Below, piece after piece: positions 34,481-48,879 of a DNA stretch of 64,000 nucleotides. The notes beneath the pieces were generated by a model. It had not been told where the DNA came from. It did no database searches and was given only the letters and a program-made list of their open reading frames with translations. Position 1 is the first letter of the stretch. Each line of letters begins with the position of its first letter. Source of the DNA: Chrysomallon squamiferum (Eukaryota > Animalia > Mollusca); contig CM022676.1 in NCBI GenBank assembly GCA_012295275.1, forward strand, positions 13,020,001-13,084,000. Direction: 5' to 3'. The position numbers and the translations under genes were made by a program.

Positions 34481-35517
34481 TAATTAAGACCAAAATGTAA
34501 TATTAGTAGAAATCTAAAGAAGTACTTATTTTCAATTACCAGCAGCAAATCTTTGATATTTGTACCCTCCTCCATTGCCTTTCATAAACCAGTCAGACAC
34601 TCGCAGCTACGAGAATTGATACAGTGGGCGCAGTGAGAAGAATTTATCTGGTTATCTATGATACCTCAGTATCATGTATGATACCTTATTAACAACAACA
34701 ACAACGACAACAACAACAACAACAACAACAATAATAATAATAATAATAGCAATTTCAAATTCTGCTGGAAACAGACGAAGTCAAGATTTTATTTTTTATT
34801 ACGATGTTGTAAAATGCTGTGTTTTACAGTTATAATGCAATGTACCATGACAGTTTGAGATGGTGTAGTGTTACAACACACTGACATACACTGCAGAACT
34901 TAAAGAATACTGTTAGAAACTAGGTCAGATTCCAGAAAATGTCAGTTTGGATCGTATCTACTACATTTACATTATTCAGTCAACGATGATATCCTCGACA
35001 CGAAACTTTTTGATAATACTGACATGTCAAAATATCCATTCGTCCATTCAACTCTACCACTGACACAAAATCATAGACTGATTTCTATTTTTTGTCTTTG
35101 TTTCCATTCAAATTCCTCCTTGAAGAAAATTAAAACATATTAATCAGCTGAAGGTATAAATAAAAATATGTTATAGATTATTTAACTGGTTACAAGCGGT
35201 GTCACAAGGGCAGCGCAGTAATTATAGCTGATGTATAAAGGAAGCCATTCATACTGTATCTATAATTTGTATTACCTGCCACTAGAAATCATTTGAAAGC
35301 ATCAACTGATGCATTGTTGCGTGTCTGACTGGTTATTTATCTCTTATTTCTGCAAGATCACCATGACATCAGGAACAGTAGTACTGGTACATTATTTGAT
35401 TACTCTTTCTTTTGTTAGTTTTTCCATATTTTAAACAATAAGAAATAATAGATAGGATTATAACAGGAATATCTTTCAGATATTCAGATTAGTGGCATCA
35501 ATTCTAAACTGATCTAT

Positions 35518-35753
35518 AGATGTAATGATCTCGTCGCAGTAACGTTGAGCAGTCAAGTTTCCGTGAGTGAAAATGAGATCTGTTTTACGTCCACCATAAA
35601 TGGCGGCCCAGACCATGACGCTGTCACCGCCATGTCGGTCATGTTGAACGACGTTGTCTGCATCACATCGTTCTAACCGTCTCCTCCATACATGAAGCCT
35701 AGCATCCGCAAACTGAACAAAAAACCTGGATTCGTCTGTGAATAATGTCTTTT
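35518..35753 (-). mobile_element. Tc1-like transposase fragment
   Basis: LFTDESRF...VWRRR.ER...HGGDSVMVWAAI...TDL...GNLTAQRYCDEII. Confidence 0.9.
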
Positions 35754-37823
35754 ATTGCAATTTTTAAAATCAGTTTTGCAAATGACTAGAATGAAAATGA
35801 AAATCTCAGGAAAATATATTTTTAATAATGTATTTATTTACAGATATAGATATTTTTGGCTTCTAGATAATAATGTTTTAATTATCAGTATATATTTTAG
35901 TTTTGTTTTTTTAATTTGTTATATATACATACTCAAGATTTACTTTGTTCTTCTCTTATTTCTAAACTTCTTGTTGGAATTTCTGGAATTGTTGGTAATT
36001 ATTAATTTGGTGTCCATAATTATTTCAGATTTTGTTGGCAGCAATTTCTTATTTATTTTTCATAATATGAATTTGTTGTAGGTATTTCTTAATTTATTTT
36101 CCATTATTATTTTTGAATTTGCTCTGGGGTATTTGTGTATTAATTTATTATTTATACAGTGAGTATGAACTAATCTTTATCTACACCCAAAAGACAATTT
36201 TAATTTAGCACTAATGTGTTGTTAAACAAACAAAAAAGCCTTTATTACAGTTACCAGTATTATGCTTGATTTGTTGAAAATTATAACTGATATGCACTAC
36301 TTCATTTGGAATCACATATTCCTGTATAATGTCCACAAATCAGTGCAGGCATGAATATGAATGATGCAAAGCAAGTAAATTGTTGCATAATAACAATGAG
36401 AAGAAAAACAGATTCTGAATGTTTCAAGTGTGTCTAATAACAGCTTCTGTTTTAATTAACATTACTTATTACTGCCCAGTAAAAATCATATAACAACTTT
36501 AATATTAAAGATTGTATAAAGTTATAAAATGATTTAACCATTTTCATGGATGTCTCATAAATCTCATTAATCAAAAAAAAAAAATTTTCATTCCTAAGCA
36601 AAGCTGATCAAGAGTGATGTTAATTTTAACAATAGCTACTATGATAATTGTGAGAAAAAAAAATAATAATAATAATAATAATAAATAAATAAATAAATAA
36701 TAAAAAAGGATTTGGGTATCTATTAAAGTTCCCAGTGAAAAAGGCACGAAGCTATCAGTGTTAGTATCAATCTTAAACACCTATATCAGTATCTGTATTT
36801 GGAATTTCAATCGTATTAATCATAAATAAAATAAAATAAAAATAAAAACACTTTATTTTAAATATATAAAGTCACATTAGCTCTTTTCACCAAGTTTATA
36901 CTCAAATTCCAAATTTCGGTGGATAGTTCAAGATGTGACTAGGCTACAGACCAGTAGGTCTAAACTTTGGCGGGGTGTAAAAAGTCCTTATAACATACAA
37001 TATGTGCTTTTGACCAAGCTTTAAATAGAAAAAACGTATGGTCGAGCTACGACAGTTGAACGAATGACGCATCAGGAATTGGTGAAAAATACCAAAGAAG
37101 AAGGAAAGTTTCGTAGTGTTTTTACCACATCTCTGCCAGTAAGTTATCAAATTTATCAAATTTATCAATTTTATGTTGTTTTCGATAATATTTAGAAACA
37201 AACATTTCATAAGAACAACTGGAGCACATTTAGGCCGGGGGTCTTTCATTATTTTGCGGACCACAGTCGTGGCGTTCACAATGGAAGTAAGTGCTATTCC
37301 GATAGTGATAATCATCATAATCATAATGATATTTTAATATTTATGATTCAAATATTATATATGTATATTAATGTTATTATATATTTACATTATTATACTA
37401 AATAAATTCAAACAAATGCTCGCTAAAGATGTGTAACAAGAAAGTAGACCTATAGTACCGTATACGTCTACGAAAGTAATTTTTATATCAGATTATAATA
37501 TTATAAATATACGATTCAAATGAAGTACCTACTGATCTGAATGAACGACATGCTACTAATATCATCACGTAATGTGGCGTCTTATATTTTTCTCAAAAAT
37601 ACATAAATAGAGAGTATGATTAAAATAATTAAACGAACATGTAAAACAATCTTAAATTAATAATGTTTACAAATAAAACACTACAGAACAACAACTATTG
37701 TCTGAGTAAAATTATTGAACAGGTTAAACTGCATTTAAATTATTCAGTAATCAGAAATTGATACAGAAATTAAATTAAGATAGCCATGCTAAATGTCTGA
37801 GCATAATATGATAATTACATATA

Positions 37824-40570
37824 GGGTCATTCCGTGTCAAATCACCCAAAAAAAAAAGAAATTTAAACCCGACCGTCTCAGATTTTTATAAAACTTGGTA
37901 TACTTGTTGACTGGGATCCCACAGCACCAAATCTGACATTTTAGCTCAATCAGACCAGTGGTGTGGGAGATACGGCCCTCGGAATTTTGAGATTTTTGCC
38001 AAAAATGGGTGTGACCACCAACCTTAGAACCCTCATATCTCAGGAACTCCTGGGCCAATCTTCATAAAATTGGTATTGTCAGAAAGGCAAAATGACAAGG
38101 ATACCAAATCTGCCATTTTTGTTTAGTTTGGAAAATATTGGAGTACCTTGACCTTTTGACCTTTGCTATGACCTTGAAATTGACCGTGTGGATCACGTGA
38201 TTTTGAGATGACCTTTATTGAAATTTAATCTCCTACATGTTAACTAAAACATATAAAAGTTTCCTGGGTGTAATATTTTTTGTTTAGCCACAATATAGAT
38301 TTAAAAAATGCACATACCTGAAAATAACACGTTTACAGCCATTAACATCTGATTAACTAAAACCTGAATGATCAATTCTGGATGCTAGGGATCACCATCT
38401 TTCTTGATCATCTAGTAAGACATTGAAGGCCTACATGTATGTATAAAGTTCACATAAATTTGAGAGAACTAGGTGTTTCTGATGCTTAACCTTCTCACTA
38501 TGTTTGTTTCAAATGCTCACTGTATCCTTCATTCCCAGACACATTCTACTGTTCTCATCACTTTCATAAAATTGGATTATTTCCTCCTTCAATTCATTGT
38601 CCTTTCAATGGTAAAGGGTGACAAAATCAAGATTTGCACACGCTCTGGATAGGATTCAGACATTAAGATGTCATTTTAATGTTACTGTAGCTGATGCTAG
38701 TTTTTTTCTGTCCTTTCATTCATTTACTGGAATGTGCTAGTGAATGGAGTTTGACAGGTGTTTCGCCTAAACTCAACAGAATGTAATTCAAATCAAAGTC
38801 CTTTTCTGGGGAAACAACAACCAGCGGTTTGTCTGGCAAGTTATCACCAAATTCTCCCATTGTAGTACCACCCATACTAAAGCCATCCTCTGCAGGACCT
38901 TTGATTTCTGAAGGGTAATCAGACAGTCACAGCACAACTTGTCTCCTGACACTAGTGTCTTTGGAGGATTTACTAAGCATTTGTAAGTGCCCATGCTAAC
39001 AATTCTTAAAGATCTAGTGCGTGCTTGCTCAGGGTGGCGATTAAGGGGATCACAACAGTTTTTCTCTGCGATGTTGAAAATTTGATGAAAAGTTCTTGTT
39101 CATGATACTCTTGATGTCCTGTGTTTTGATCCCACTTCAAAGAGTGAGGAGTTCGATTTCCTCAGTTTTCCATACACTTCGCAACAACTCCTTTTTGATA
39201 TGATGGTGTTGATAACACACATTTTTAGGAGAGTTAAAGCTGCAGTTAGCTCTGGAAGAAATAAGGATTTTCAGTATTGTTCAATAGAACAAAGTCAGTG
39301 CTTTCCTAAATATTAAATCAAATCCTGAAACCCTTTCAGTAAAGTTAAGCAGGTCATAAAATGGCAGCAGAGTACATGTGTTATTGCCAAAGGCCCACAA
39401 GTCTTAGGCATTTATGTCAATCTTCTCAAGTATAAATCACAGTTTATTAAGGTGAAGTAGACCTTATTCATAATCTGTGCCAAGACTTGGTGTACAAATA
39501 CATTATGCAGTACATCACTTGATGACATCTGATTTCAGACTGGGTTGTACTGTTGACTGAAACCTTGTTCAAAACCAATGGCAAGGCCCACATGACATGA
39601 TAAAATTACTTAACAGGTTTTATGAAATAAAAATATTGTTTATATATCAACATCTGACATTGTGTCCAACTTAAAAAGCTTCAGATTGTCAAAGAAATGC
39701 AGATGAAGAAACTTCTTTGTCTTAAACTTCAAATTGCCATGTGCTCAATGGGGATTGCACCAGGGAATCTAAAGGAGTTCCTGACCTGCCTGAAGCATTA
39801 CTTCCTGTTAACCCTTTGAACCTGATTGTGTAGAACATGTCATGCCATTTGGCATCTTTTCATATCCTTCAGGCATTCCTTCAGACATGTCAGGTGGGTT
39901 TTAACTCCAAAGATGAGTTTTTAGTCTCAGAGAAAATGTACATTGTAATGCATTGTATCAATCATCCATGCAGGTATGCATTTTTTTAAATCTCTATTAA
40001 GGCTAAACAAAAAATATTATACCCAGGAAACTTTTATATGTGAACTTTATGCATACATGTAGGCCTACAATGTCTTACTCAATGATCAAGAGAGATGGTG
40101 ATTCTTAGCATCCAGAATTGATCATTCAGGTTTTAGTCAATCAGATGTTAATGGCTGAAAAGGTGTTATTTTCAGGTATGTGCATTTTTTAAATCTATAT
40201 TGTGGCTAAACAAAAAATATTACACCCAGGAAACTTTTATATGTTTTAGTTAACATGTGGGAGATTAAATTTCAATAAAGGTCATCTCAAGATCACGTGA
40301 TCCACACGGTCAATTTCAAGGTCATAGCAAAGGTCAAAAGGTCAAGGTACTCCAATATTTTCCAAACTAAAGGTTGTAAGGTTGGTGGTCACACCCATTT
40401 TTGGCAAAAATCTCAAAATTCCGTGGGCCGTATCTCCCACACCACTGGTCTGATTGAGCTAAAATGTCAGATTTGGTGCTGTGGGATCCCAGTCAACAAG
40501 TATACCAAGTTTCATAAAAATCTGAGACGGTCGGGTTTAAACCATTGGGTGATTTGACACGGAATGACCC
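37824..40570 (-). mobile_element. Long-TIR DNA transposon, Sola2-like, non-autonomous (2747 bp)
   Basis: GGGTCATTCCGTGTCAAATCACCCA termini, ~600 bp inverted repeats, 4-bp TATA flanks; internal decayed CCDPLNRH...SLR...GDKLCCDC; family assignment from recall. Confidence 0.8.
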
Positions 40571-40913
40571 TATACAGAAAAAATTACAGTTTACAAAGGT
40601 TGCAAAGAGAAACTCAAGGCAGTCAGAAGTAATTGTAAACAAATATTAGAATGAAACATTTGTTAAATATGTTAATAGTTATCGCATGAGTCTGGAAATA
40701 TTTTGTTTCAAGCTCCGTTTTAATAGAACTGAGTATTAGTGTACATATGGAAATATTTCATTTCATTTTCATAACAAAGGCTGGTTTATATCTTATTGTC
40801 TCATTTCACTTCTCCCTATTTGTGTAACATAGCTTGATTCCTATATATGTATATATTAATTGGTTTTTAATGGATTTTTTTTTAATTTGTGATATTTAAT
40901 TATTTTTCAGATA

Positions 40914-40968
40914 ATGATCTTTGAAGTGGCTGTGCTGTTTATTTTGATTGGTAATAATTCTGTAAAAG
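40914..40968 (+). CDS. Gene C signal-peptide exon
   Basis: ttttcag|ata ATG MIFEVAVLFILIGNNSVK-G|gtatg. Confidence 0.8.
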
Positions 40969-43900
40969 GTATGAACGGCAGTAAAATTACATAGTAAATA
41001 GCTGTAAATTATCATTATTTTTAGGCATTTTAGAAAAAACAATCCCAATGATTTCTTTAAGTATCAAGTTGTATGTAGATATATGGGTATACATAGGCAT
41101 ACCATGAAAGTAGGTCATGTATTTGAAAGGCTGACATATTCAGATATTTAGATCTAAGGTTCATGCATTTCTATATCCTACATAGTGATTGAAATGTTGC
41201 TTTTATTTCTATGGCAGCATGTAACCATTTTGAAAGAAACAACAACAACAAAAAATGGTTAAAATGATTAAAATGAAAGACAAATTACTTTAGCAGTGAA
41301 CATTTAATGATTTGTTTTTGCTGCAGATAATTATAAAAGACTATACTTAATATTGTTTTATTTTTTTATAATTTATTTATAATGTTAATGCCCCACATAA
41401 TCAGCAAAATCAGCAAAATAAAATCCAGATTGATGAGACAACTGTAATAAATACAGTTTCTATTGTATTATGAACTAATACTGAATGCAGGGCAATTACT
41501 GGACAATTAATTGTTCACTGGACAACTGCTCACCGGATATTTGCTCACTGGACAGTTAGTCACCTTTAGGCTTTTTTTTATTAATATTATTTTAGTAATA
41601 AAAAAGACAACATAATTTTTCGTTGATAAAAAATAAAATAAAACAGAATGTCTAAAGGCACAACTCTAAGGCAGTTACTGTGATTATAATGTGTTTCATG
41701 TGTTCAATACTGATTACATTATAATTTTAGGGTAACCATTCAAACATTATTGTTGGTTTAGGTAGTCAAACTTTTATACTTATGTGTCATTTTTAGTAAT
41801 TATTTATTTGTTCACATTTTATCTCTACTCTGCAAGACTTAACATCTTGATCATCACAGATTTAAAGAGAAATTAGAAAATATTGCTGATTGAGAATGAA
41901 TTTTGCTCTCTTATTTATTTATTTATTTATCAGAGATTCTTGGTCCCACCAACCATTTACACATACATATGATAACCTGAAATAAAATTTATTGAAAAAG
42001 TCAGTAGTTGTGGTGAGCAATTGTTCTACTTCTCACTTTATTGTTCATATTACTGTAAATATAACTGTAGAGCTTGTTACATAAAGAAAGATAAAATAGC
42101 AACATCTTACAAAATATAGACCAAATTATCATGCAATATTTTCACCAATATATAATGTATTAATTATTGTCTGTGATCAGTTTCTTTGTGTAAAGGCTTT
42201 TAATTAATTTAATTTAACATAAAAATTATTTGATGTAGTTTGAAATAGTTGTTCATTTTTCAGGTGGTATAACGGAGACATACATAGACTGTGTAAGACC
42301 AGGTTATCCTGGACACAAGTCAACAGTCATTTGCAGAATAAATCAAGCTGCACAAAATGGTATTCAAATGTTTCGTGCAAATGGTGATCAGGTGGTGTTA
42401 TGTAATGATGCACACACCTTTTGTATTCCAAATGGAGGAATAACTGGCTATAGTGCTACCATTGACCAAACTACAAGAGATGTCACACTTACAATAGAGT
42501 CATTCAATCCTGAAGTAGATGTTGGAACCTGGACATGCGCTGATGGATCAATCACTGATGCAGCTGGTGAAAATACTACATGTAACAAAACTGAATTAAG
42601 TATGTAAATATAAATATATATTAAATAATTGCAATTGAAAATTAATAGCTGAAGCAAACTGATAATTGTCTTAAAATCTTTATAAATGTTTATATATAGA
42701 GTTAAACCTGTCTATAATGACCACATTTGGGATGTCACTAGCGTGGCCATTACAGAGAGGTGACCATTATATCCTGACTCTTGATTTAATTATTATTATT
42801 ATTCCTTTTTTTTTTTTAGCCTTTTTTGTTATTGACAAGTACAGTCACTTTTGTGTGAAGTAACATTTCTATTTTATAAGAAAATTTCCCCTTTAGTAAA
42901 TAATGTTCACTTTTTAAAACTGATTTTAATTGTTTTTCATGTCATTGCACATGTAATGAAAACAAAAGTTTAAAACTGAGTTAATTTGAGAACGGCTGAC
43001 ACCAGTGACACCAGCATGATAATCAGTCTTTCATGCACTTAAATTTATTGTTGCAAACAGCTGTTTGTTTGTTTATCAGTTATCTTATTTGGTTATTATG
43101 TCTAAATTAGCATGCTCTTTAAGTACATTTCTTAATAAGCATAATGCAGTTACACAATGCAGTAACAACAGTTAAAAATTGCATTAGGAACAGCAAATGA
43201 TAGCTGGGTATTTAAACAACTCTTAACTGCTTTGAACACGAAAACTGAGATCCGGTTAAATTGTCTTATTGTTGTAACATTGTGTCAGAGAGGTTATTGA
43301 GTATGTTCATCAGCAGAACTTAGTAAAATTTGCAAATATTGAAATGTTGTCTCCATTATAATAGGTTCAATTGACTATTTTCAAGTAAAGAAGGAAATGC
43401 CTTTGGGGCATTTGTGGTGACCGTTACAGCCAAGTGATCTTCTGAACAGGTGGCTGTTAGACCAGTTTTGACTATGTGTATGTGTCCATCTATCTATAAT
43501 TTTGATAATTCAAACTTGATGGTGTCAAAAAAGTTTAACTTTCAGGGAGTTAAAAATTTTCAAAATTCAAATATGTACAGGAATTCCAACTGATGAGTAT
43601 ATTTCATGATCTAATAAACACATACTCTTGCATATTTAATAAACTTAGTAAGTACAAAACAGTAAAATACACAACTATAGTATGACATACGTATCCACAC
43701 ACATGAACACGTATGTGAGTTTGTGTGTATGTGTGTTCATGTGTTTTCAGGTTTCCTATCTTGGCAGAATGTAATTAACATAGTGTGTTAACTGGCCTTT
43801 AATTACAAGCAGGATTCTTGGCTCGATATACTCATTTGTAAGCAAAAACATACCAATTAATGAAAGTTAACACTTTATAACAATTCTTTGGTGACTATCT

Positions 43901-46900
43901 GCAGTTATGTATTATGTAAAGAGGCCTTACACAGATGATCAGTAGTAAGTTAATTTCAGTCTTCTTAATCAATGACCCATTATCTGTGGAAACAATAGCT
44001 TGATCATTCCAATACTTTGAGTTTTCAGAGGCAAATTTCAGTTAAATCACTAGTCAGGGATTACAAAACACCTTTCAGAAAGAGAGATTTTTCACGTTAT
44101 TGATACTTAAATTCTTGAAAGTCGTTACTGAGGTATATAAGAGTTTGGCTGTGGCAAGACTTTCATTTCTAGTGATATAAGTGTTTGAAACATCTGAGTA
44201 TAAATTTTCAAATTTGACTGTGTGTGTTGCCATTTATCTTAAGATTATCAAGGTTGTTAGATGTGTTGTAATTAAAGGATTGTGGAACATTTAATAGCTT
44301 GACTTCTGATTTATCAGAAAAGACAAACCACAACTGCACTGACAATTTATAACATCCAGCTAAAATTTTCAAAATTATAAAAATGATCTATTTGTTGAGC
44401 TCTTAACAGTTTTTTTAATTTTTTTTTTATAAGTAATCATTAACTTCTGGATAATTAATTTGTTTATTTTATTTTAATGTCACATTTTCATTTGTCAGTT
44501 TCTAAAATTTGCCTTTCAGCTGGCCCAGACAACATCACACTGATTCCACTAGAACCTGGTGAAGTTACTGAAGGAGAGAGTCTGGATGTAACATGTGTTG
44601 CTGACTGTAATCCACCTTGTTCATTTTCCTGGATGCTTGAACAAACAGAAATAAGCAGCTCTTCACAGCTTCATCTCAGTAATGTAAAACTTAATCAGAA
44701 TGAGGAAGTGTACACATGTATAGCAAATAATTCTGAGATACCAAAATCTGAAAGTATAAACTTCACACTGACTGTTAAAGGTAAGTTCTGCACAGTTTAT
44801 GTGATACTCTTTCCTATATTTTTTCATTACAATATATTTCTTGTGGACTGAAAAACAAAGAGTAAAGCCACGCACCTGTCAAATGTCAATTATGTATTCT
44901 CCAGTCACTTAATAGTTAGTGGCAACTTTTTCTTTGCCACTCTACATTTAAACAAAAAAATAGCATTTGATTGGGAAATGTAGCATACTGCTGAAAAATT
45001 ATTCATTAAATTGAGTTTGTATACATTTTTTGAATTTTGAATTTTTGCATTTAATATGTACATTTACAAATGAATGGGTATATGCATATGGAAAGGAATG
45101 AGGAGAAGTTGTATGTATCTACTCTCAGTAGGTGGCACAGTCTGTACAGGATTAGCGATGCATTGTTTACAACAAAAGCTATTGCTAACAATGAGAAGTT
45201 ACTATTCAGTGTATAACAATGCCGCATACTGATTACTCTATGCCATCATATCACTAAAGTGGAGACATTTTACCATTGTAATAAATACTGGTGCTCATGA
45301 CAGCATACATCTAATTTATAACTAAATATAACCAATGTAGATTACAGACTTGTATGAAAGTTGTATCAGAACAAATATTATGTTGAATATCATTAAACTT
45401 AAAAACAAACTTGCTCTCTTCCTATGTATAAAACATTTCATTCTTTAAAACAAATGTTTGTACAAAGCCTAACATCCTTAAACAATTTGCCTCAAATGAT
45501 ATGAAAAATAACTAAAAGACAACAAACAAACAGCTGTATATTAAATTGTCACTCTCACATGATACTTCTCCTTTCCACATTACTCTGATATAATTTGACC
45601 AAAGAAAATGTGTTGACTTGTGCTTTTTGTTTTAATTCCCTATGGATAAGATTCCTCAAACCATCTTTTTTTCTTCTTCTTTTTTTTTAATTAATTTCTT
45701 ATTAAATTTAAAATATTCTAAAAAGATGTGTTTAGATGTAAAATTGGTTGGGAATTGTACTATGTATGCATTTTGAGGGTGAGAGGGTAAACACAATAAC
45801 ATAAAATATATTATAGTTATGTTATATAAATATACTGTTTATAATTGTAAATAATGATACAGGTGCACAGATTGAAATTCTACATAACCCATTACTGGTA
45901 ATCCTTTCATAAATCATATTTTTGATTTTTAAATATTGGTAATAATACATATATGATAAGGACTATGAGAGATAGATTATTATTTAAACAGTTCATGGAA
46001 AATCCTGAATAAAATGTGCACTTCAGAAAGCAGACTTTTTATTTTTATTTTTTTCTCCACATATTTGTTTTTAGAGGGCTTTTCGAATCTCAATGTGTTT
46101 TTCTTCTGTTGGGGTACATGCTATTTCTCTGGATGATTATATTTACTGTCAAGATGCCAGTAACTAAGGTGCTTACTATCTCATCTATGGGATATAGACA
46201 TTTATAAAATTATGACAGGGATTAGTAAATTCAAATTGTGACAGTAATGTGTTATCATGATGGTAAAATACATATCCACTGGATAAATCAACAAGAGTGC
46301 AGATTTAAGATTAGAAATTACCTTTAAAAGTTTATCATATATTTTCCTGTAAAAGGGTATTACAAATGCCAAACAGAACTTTAGTTATTTGCATTCATCA
46401 GTAGATAAAAGGCAGTTTTTTCACTTATTATCATTATTAATATATCATTTACTTAATATTTGTCTTTGATTTATCTTTCCTCAATTTCATATATAGAGAT
46501 AGATAATCTCAAGTTTATATAAATACAAGAATTAGTACATTAATAAAATTATCTGTAGTTAGTATACATGTAAGAAATATAACTTCTGAAATACATTTTA
46601 TAGAAATCTTGGTTTTACGTTAAAACAAAGATGAGATTATATATATATTTGTCACATTGATATCGTGAAAAAATAGGCTATAGATCTCTGGATTTAAAAA
46701 ATAAAATGCTTAACAAATTTTATCTTAAAGATTTTGGCAGCACTTAGATAATTTAGTTTTAAATAAAGAAATGTATTGCTATTTGCTGAAAATATAAAGA
46801 AATATTAAAAATTAGTTTTTGGGGGGTTGCTTTTTAATGTACAGTTTTATAAATTAAATTGATTTTATGGTAAAAGAAATAATCGAAAAGGCCATAGTTA

Positions 46901-47828
46901 TTTTTGTTAGAAGGAAAAACATTGTTTATGAATGCTAGAAATCTATATTAAGCTTAATAATGGTTATAAATGTTTGAGATAAAGGTATATAAAATGACAT
47001 TTTGAAAATTTAATTTTGTGTATGTGATAAATTAATGGTTATCTATAAAATTGGATTATAAGTTACAATGAAAACACAGAATTACAATTTAACTTACATA
47101 AGGAATCAGTTTCCATAAAAATAGAAATTATCAAAGCAGTGGAAGCAAGGCCATTAATTAGCCTAAACAGGAACTTTTCCTTTTTAGCTGAAGAAAGAAG
47201 TACAACAAGTGTTGCTACAACAACTCCAAACCTGGGATCAGGTTCTGGCTGTAACTTAGTTTGTATTATCCTCATTACAGTGATCAGTGTCACAGGTCTT
47301 TGTATAATCATAACATGCTGTCTGATATCACAAAGAAATCAAAAGACAAAGAAAAATGATAAAACTACAAATATTGAACTGAGCAGTAAAATGAACATTG
47401 AAAAGTCTCAAACTGAGGTTTCTGTTGATATCAAAGCAGAAGAAAATTGTAACATTCAAGAGAACATTGACAAAAAACATGACACTGAAGATGTAGAAAC
47501 TTCACAGTCTGTCAAAGATAGGATTGCTAATGAATCTTCGTACAATATGTCTGGTAACCATGGAAGTGATGAAGATAATGAAAGTTCTGAAGATTACTCA
47601 TATAATCAGACAAATGTAAAACCGTCAAATCAACCAGTCAGTAAAGATGTCTGTAAAGAACTCACAAAATCTGAAGTTTGTCAACAGTCAGTCACTGATT
47701 CACTGAATAAAACTGATGTGAGCAACAATACAGCAGAGAGCCAACATCCTAACAGACAGAATTACAATAATGTTGATCATCAGAAAACAAAACATATTAC
47801 TACTATTGATGTGAAAATCAAATTATAA
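40914..47828 (+). CDS. Gene C: signal peptide + V-like Ig + C2 Ig + TM + acidic tail receptor
   Basis: Exons 40914-40968, 42264-42599, 44520-44780, 47188-47828, all phase 1 and open. Confidence 0.88.
42264..42599 (+). CDS. Gene C V-like Ig exon (6 Cys)
   Basis: IDC...STVIC...LCNDAHTFC...VTLTIESFNPEVDVGTWTCAD...TTC; 336 nt. Confidence 0.9.
42699..43474. mobile_element. Tc1/mariner(pogo)-type MITE in gene C intron
   Basis: Imperfect TIRs gagttaaacctgtcta / tagaccagttttgacta with subterminal tgaccac/gtgacc repeats. Confidence 0.55.
44520..44780 (+). CDS. Gene C C2-type Ig exon
   Basis: GPDNITL...EGESLDVTCVADCNPPCSFSW...VYTCIANN; 261 nt. Confidence 0.9.
47188..47828 (+). CDS. Gene C stalk/TM/cytoplasmic terminal exon
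   Basis: tttttag|AEERSTT...LVCIILITVISVTGLCIIITCCLISQRNQK...IDVKIKL*. Confidence 0.88.
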
Positions 47829-48108
47829 ACAAATTAAGCAGTTTCAAATTTAATTTGTTTTTTATTCCAAACTTTTGATTTGCTTCAGCTCAGTACACTT
47901 AGCTACATTTTTCATTATTCAGATAATTTCTAGATGCCAGTGATTGTTTGTCGATTCTGCTTAACTAATCAAGGAATAGCTTTATTTCTATCTTCTAATT
48001 CTGATATAAAAAAAAGCTTTTAAAAGAGGTTTATACTATGTTTACTGTTTTAGTTCCACATTGAGTAATATGCTTATTAACATAGATAAAGGTACAGCTT
48101 AATGCCTG

Positions 48109-48154
<46 letters not shown>

Positions 48155-48879
48155 ACACAGAGTGAGATAAATGCAAGTTTATATTAGAATCGACAATAGC
48201 AACAACACCATCAAGCAGTAAGTAACACAATCACATTGTTAGCCCTAACCTTGTGCTAATCATTCATGTAACCTCAGTTCCCCTTCGACTGTTCTTAATA
48301 AAACCATCTGAAATCTTTATATGCAAAACCACTAATTAAAAACTGGTCAAGAATGCTTGAAAATGATTCTTTTCACAATATAATATGATCTCATCTCATC
48401 AACACATTTCATTATTAAATTAACGTAAATTATGCAAGTTTGTGGAATCTGAGTAAACACAGACTTAAGACAGCCATAACGAAGGTGTTTGACTCAGGGA
48501 AAATGATGGATACCACTGACATGGATGATACCAACATAGTGGTCATTGTTGACATCCTAGTCTCAGTAAAAGTCCCAGCCAATGTTATATGCATTCATTT
48601 TATGCATTCACGGTTAGTGGTAGACAGTTACAGTTCAGCCAGTCCAGCCTCTATTAATTTAGCTTACAAGCAGACAAAAACTTTATGAATTGCATGGAGA
48701 AAAAGATAAAGATTTGCTCATAAACGGAGAGTTGTTGTTTCTTTGATCATGAGTTTTTCTGTGAATTCATAACCTGTATGTAAAACAGGATGTTTTAAAC
48801 ACTCAACAGTGAAAACCATGTTAAATATTTTGCAAGCATTAGGCTCTGGCTGCTTTTAGCCCCATTGGAAAGCTATTAA

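Noticed and set aside
37837-40557. Twin ORFs (GGHTHFWQKSQNS...) on opposite strands
   Set aside because: They are the two TIRs of one transposon
48440-48688. 82-aa ORF after gene C
   Set aside because: No recognisable domain or splice context
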